A stretch of 64,000 nucleotides of DNA from Planctomycetota bacterium. GTDB lineage: Bacteria; Planctomycetota; UBA11346. The translations under genes were made by a program, and so were the position numbers. Below, piece after piece: positions 61,895 through 64,000 of the stretch. Where the stretch lies: contig JBBQSO010000005.1 of assembly GCA_038213805.1 (NCBI GenBank), forward strand, positions 1 through 64,000. Reading direction: 5' to 3'. Position 1 is the stretch's first letter, and every line of letters begins with the position of its first letter. Under the pieces are notes generated by a model that searched no databases, was not told where the DNA came from, and saw nothing but the letters and a program-made list of their open reading frames with translations.

Positions 61895-63550
61895 ATGACC
61901 CCGCTCAGCACGGCCGTCCAGCCGCTCACCGTCGCCGAGATCGCCGATGCCCTGATGGGCGTCGAAAGCAGCGCCGCCCTGCTCGCACGGCTCGAGGACC
62001 TGCTCGCCCGGCTGGGCGCCTTGCCAGCGCGGGTCTATCTCTTCGATGCTGACAGCGGCAGCTTCTATGCCGCTGCGGGTCTGGGCTGCGCCCGGGCCGC
62101 GCCAGAGATCCCGCTGCTGCGCCCCGACGCCGCGCCCACCCATCACCATCTGCTGCGCAGCTGCGGCGAGTGGGTCGGCCTGCTTGAGATCCTCACTACC
62201 GAGCCTCATGACCGGCAGCTGGTCGCGCTGCTCGCCGCGCTGCTCGGCCCGACCCTGATCGCCGTGCACCGGCAGGCCGGGCTGATCGACGAGGTCACCC
62301 AGCTCGGCCGTGAGGTGCGCGAACTGGTCACCGCCGGTGAACTGCTGCGCCACCTCGATGTCGAGGTGCTGCTGAGCCGCATCCTGGAGACCGCGATCTT
62401 CGCGGTGCGCGCCCAGGTCGGCGCGGTGCTGATCGCGGACGAGCAGGACCGGCTCACGGTCGGCGCCGCGCTGGGGCTGAGCGAGGAGCACATCGCCGCC
62501 ATCCAGGGGCGCGACGGGCGCAGCATCGCGGCCGTGGTGCAGGACGGTGGCGTGGCGATCTGCGTGGGCGCCGACAAGGTGCGCGAGCGCCTCGATCTGA
62601 CCGCGCTCGAGGCGCAGGGGGTCAGTCTCACCGGCCTGCTGGCGCTGCCGCTGACCATCCGCGGGCGCGGGCGCGGCGTGGTGCTGCTGGCCAATCCGGA
62701 GGGCGATTTCAACGCCGGCGAGCGGCGTATCGCCGAGACCGTCTGCAGCCTGGCCGCGATCGCCCTCGACAACGCCCTGCTGGTCAAGGGCACCCTCGAC
62801 CGCGAACGCCTGCAGCGCGAACTCGACCTCGCGCACTCGGTGCAGGAGCAGATGTATCCGGACGGCGGCCTGACCCTGGGCGGGCTCACCGTCGCGGGCA
62901 GCTCGCAGCCGTGCGACGAGACCGGCGGCGATTACTATACCTATTTGACGCGCAACGGGTGCATGCTGGCGATGATCGGCGACGTCAGCGGCCACGGTCT
63001 GGGCGCGGCGCTCTACACCACCATGGCGCACGCGATCATCCAGCAGCAGCTGCGCGCGGGCGCGGCGCTGGAGCCGGCCTTCGGCGTGCTCAATGAAGGC
63101 CTGTTCCACACCCAGAGTGGACGCTTCATGACCGCCGCGTTGGTCGAGATCGAGCCGCAGACGCTGGCCCTCACCTACGTTTCAGCAGGACACAACCCGT
63201 TGCTGTGGATCCACGCCGGCGCGGTGCGCTGGCTGGAAAGCTGCGGCATGCCACTGGGCATCGTCCCGGTCGGCGACTTCCCGCCACCACCCGGCGACCG
63301 CCTCGCCCCAGGCGACATGCTGATCCTCTACACGGACGGCTTCGTCGAGGCCGCCAACGGCGCCGGCGAGGTCTATGGCGACGCGCGCTTCGCCGCAGCC
63401 GCGCTGGTCGCCTGGCGCGAGGACATGGGCCCCGCCGAGACCGTCGCACTGATCACCACCGAGGTCGACGTGTGGTCGGCAGGGCGCAAGCACGAGGATG
63501 ATCTGACCATGGTGGTGGTGCGGGTGGCGGCGCCGGCTGCTGCCGGCTGA
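61895..63550 (+). CDS. GAF + PP2C (SpoIIE/RsbU-type) phosphatase
   Basis: GAF segment; TGGDYY, IGDVSGHG, SAGHNP, LYTDGFVEA, EDDLT. Confidence 0.92.
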   Translation: MTPLSTAVQPLTVAEIADALMGVESSAALLARLEDLLARLGALPARVYLFDADSGSFYAAAGLGCARAAPEIPLLRPDAAPTHHHLLRSCGEWVGLLEILTTEPHDRQLVALLAALLGPTLIAVHRQAGLIDEVTQLGREVRELVTAGELLRHLDVEVLLSRILETAIFAVRAQVGAVLIADEQDRLTVGAALGLSEEHIAAIQGRDGRSIAAVVQDGGVAICVGADKVRERLDLTALEAQGVSLTGLLALPLTIRGRGRGVVLLANPEGDFNAGERRIAETVCSLAAIALDNALLVKGTLDRERLQRELDLAHSVQEQMYPDGGLTLGGLTVAGSSQPCDETGGDYYTYLTRNGCMLAMIGDVSGHGLGAALYTTMAHAIIQQQLRAGAALEPAFGVLNEGLFHTQSGRFMTAALVEIEPQTLALTYVSAGHNPLLWIHAGAVRWLESCGMPLGIVPVGDFPPPPGDRLAPGDMLILYTDGFVEAANGAGEVYGDARFAAAALVAWREDMGPAETVALITTEVDVWSAGRKHEDDLTMVVVRVAAPAAAG

Positions 63551-63751
63551 GACCCTAGACCCTAGACCATAGACCTGTGATCACGAGGTGGTTCCGCTTC
63601 AGGAAAGGTGTTCGCTCCAGGTCGGTCTTCTGGTTTCGCCATGTCGGAAGATCCGGCACTGAGCCCGTGAACAAAACCCCGGGCTGCGTGTCTTCCCTAG
63701 GGTCTAGCGTCTAGGGTCTGGCCGCAGGGTCTGTCCGCAGGGTCTGCCCGA
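63550..63751. repeat. Inverted heptamer-array element (AGACCCT)n ... (AGGGTCT)n with trailing 13-mer repeats
   Basis: AGACCCT AGACCCT AGACCAT AGACC from the stop codon; CTAGGGT CTAGCGT CTAGGGT at 63697-63717; then AGGGTCTGNCCGM x3. Confidence 0.85.
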
Positions 63752-63854
63752 AGGACCACAGTCTGACTGTCGGGCATACACGGAAGGCAGCTGGTACTTG
63801 GCCGGCGACCGTGGTACGCATAGTTCCTGCATCCGTCAGCCGGAAAGGCATCCC

Positions 63855-64000
63855 TTGGCCATCTCCATCCTGCCCGTCGTCCTGCTCCACCGCGGCCTGG
63901 TTCCCAGCCTGGTCCTGCTCGCCGCCGTGGGGCTGGTCAGGGCCGAGGACGGCGAGGTCCTGCCGCGCCTGGCGCCGACCGTCGGCGAGTACCTCAAGAG
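63855..64000 (+). CDS. 5' part of a probable secreted protein (truncated by window end)
   Basis: GGAAAGG then TTG; open frame LAISILPVVLL..LVLLAAVGLVRA-EDGEV to the window end. Confidence 0.5.
   Translation, partial: MAISILPVVLLHRGLVPSLVLLAAVGLVRAEDGEVLPRLAPTVGEYLK

Noticed and set aside
61799..63109. 710-aa ORF implying a MutM fusion
   Set aside because: Antisense shadow of the PP2C gene; MutM needs its N-terminal Pro at MPELPEV.

Overview
High-GC bacterial chromosome segment, most likely a Planctomycetota/PVC organism (DUF1549-DUF1553 + DUF1501 pair, PVC-type heme-binding CxxCH dehydrogenase, DUF1080, large lepB next to lptB). About 45 CDS, mostly housekeeping or metabolic: feoAB, uvrA, putA, acpS, plsC, lepB, lptB, holA, rsmB, narK, pth, rpmH, mutM and a GAF-PP2C phosphatase. 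No rRNA, tRNA, CRISPR array or transposase was recognised. Strongest leads: (1) a divergent five-gene locus pairing a tetraether-synthase (Tes/GDGT-MAS, MJ0619)-like radical SAM enzyme and an Lgt-like protein with a small Cys-bearing membrane peptide, a probable lipoprotein and a probable outer-membrane protein; (2) a family of transposase-less elements built from inward-facing arrays of 7-8 bp tandem repeats, mostly just after stop codons, with one 126-bp copy in frame inside uvrA and another supplying the 3' end of pth; (3) a tandem pair of giant DUF4388/TM/PEGA/beta-propeller proteins; (4) a plant-type ribokinase homolog with altered sugar-binding residues. Family assignments come from motif recognition by eye, not database searches, and many start codons were moved from the ORF track.
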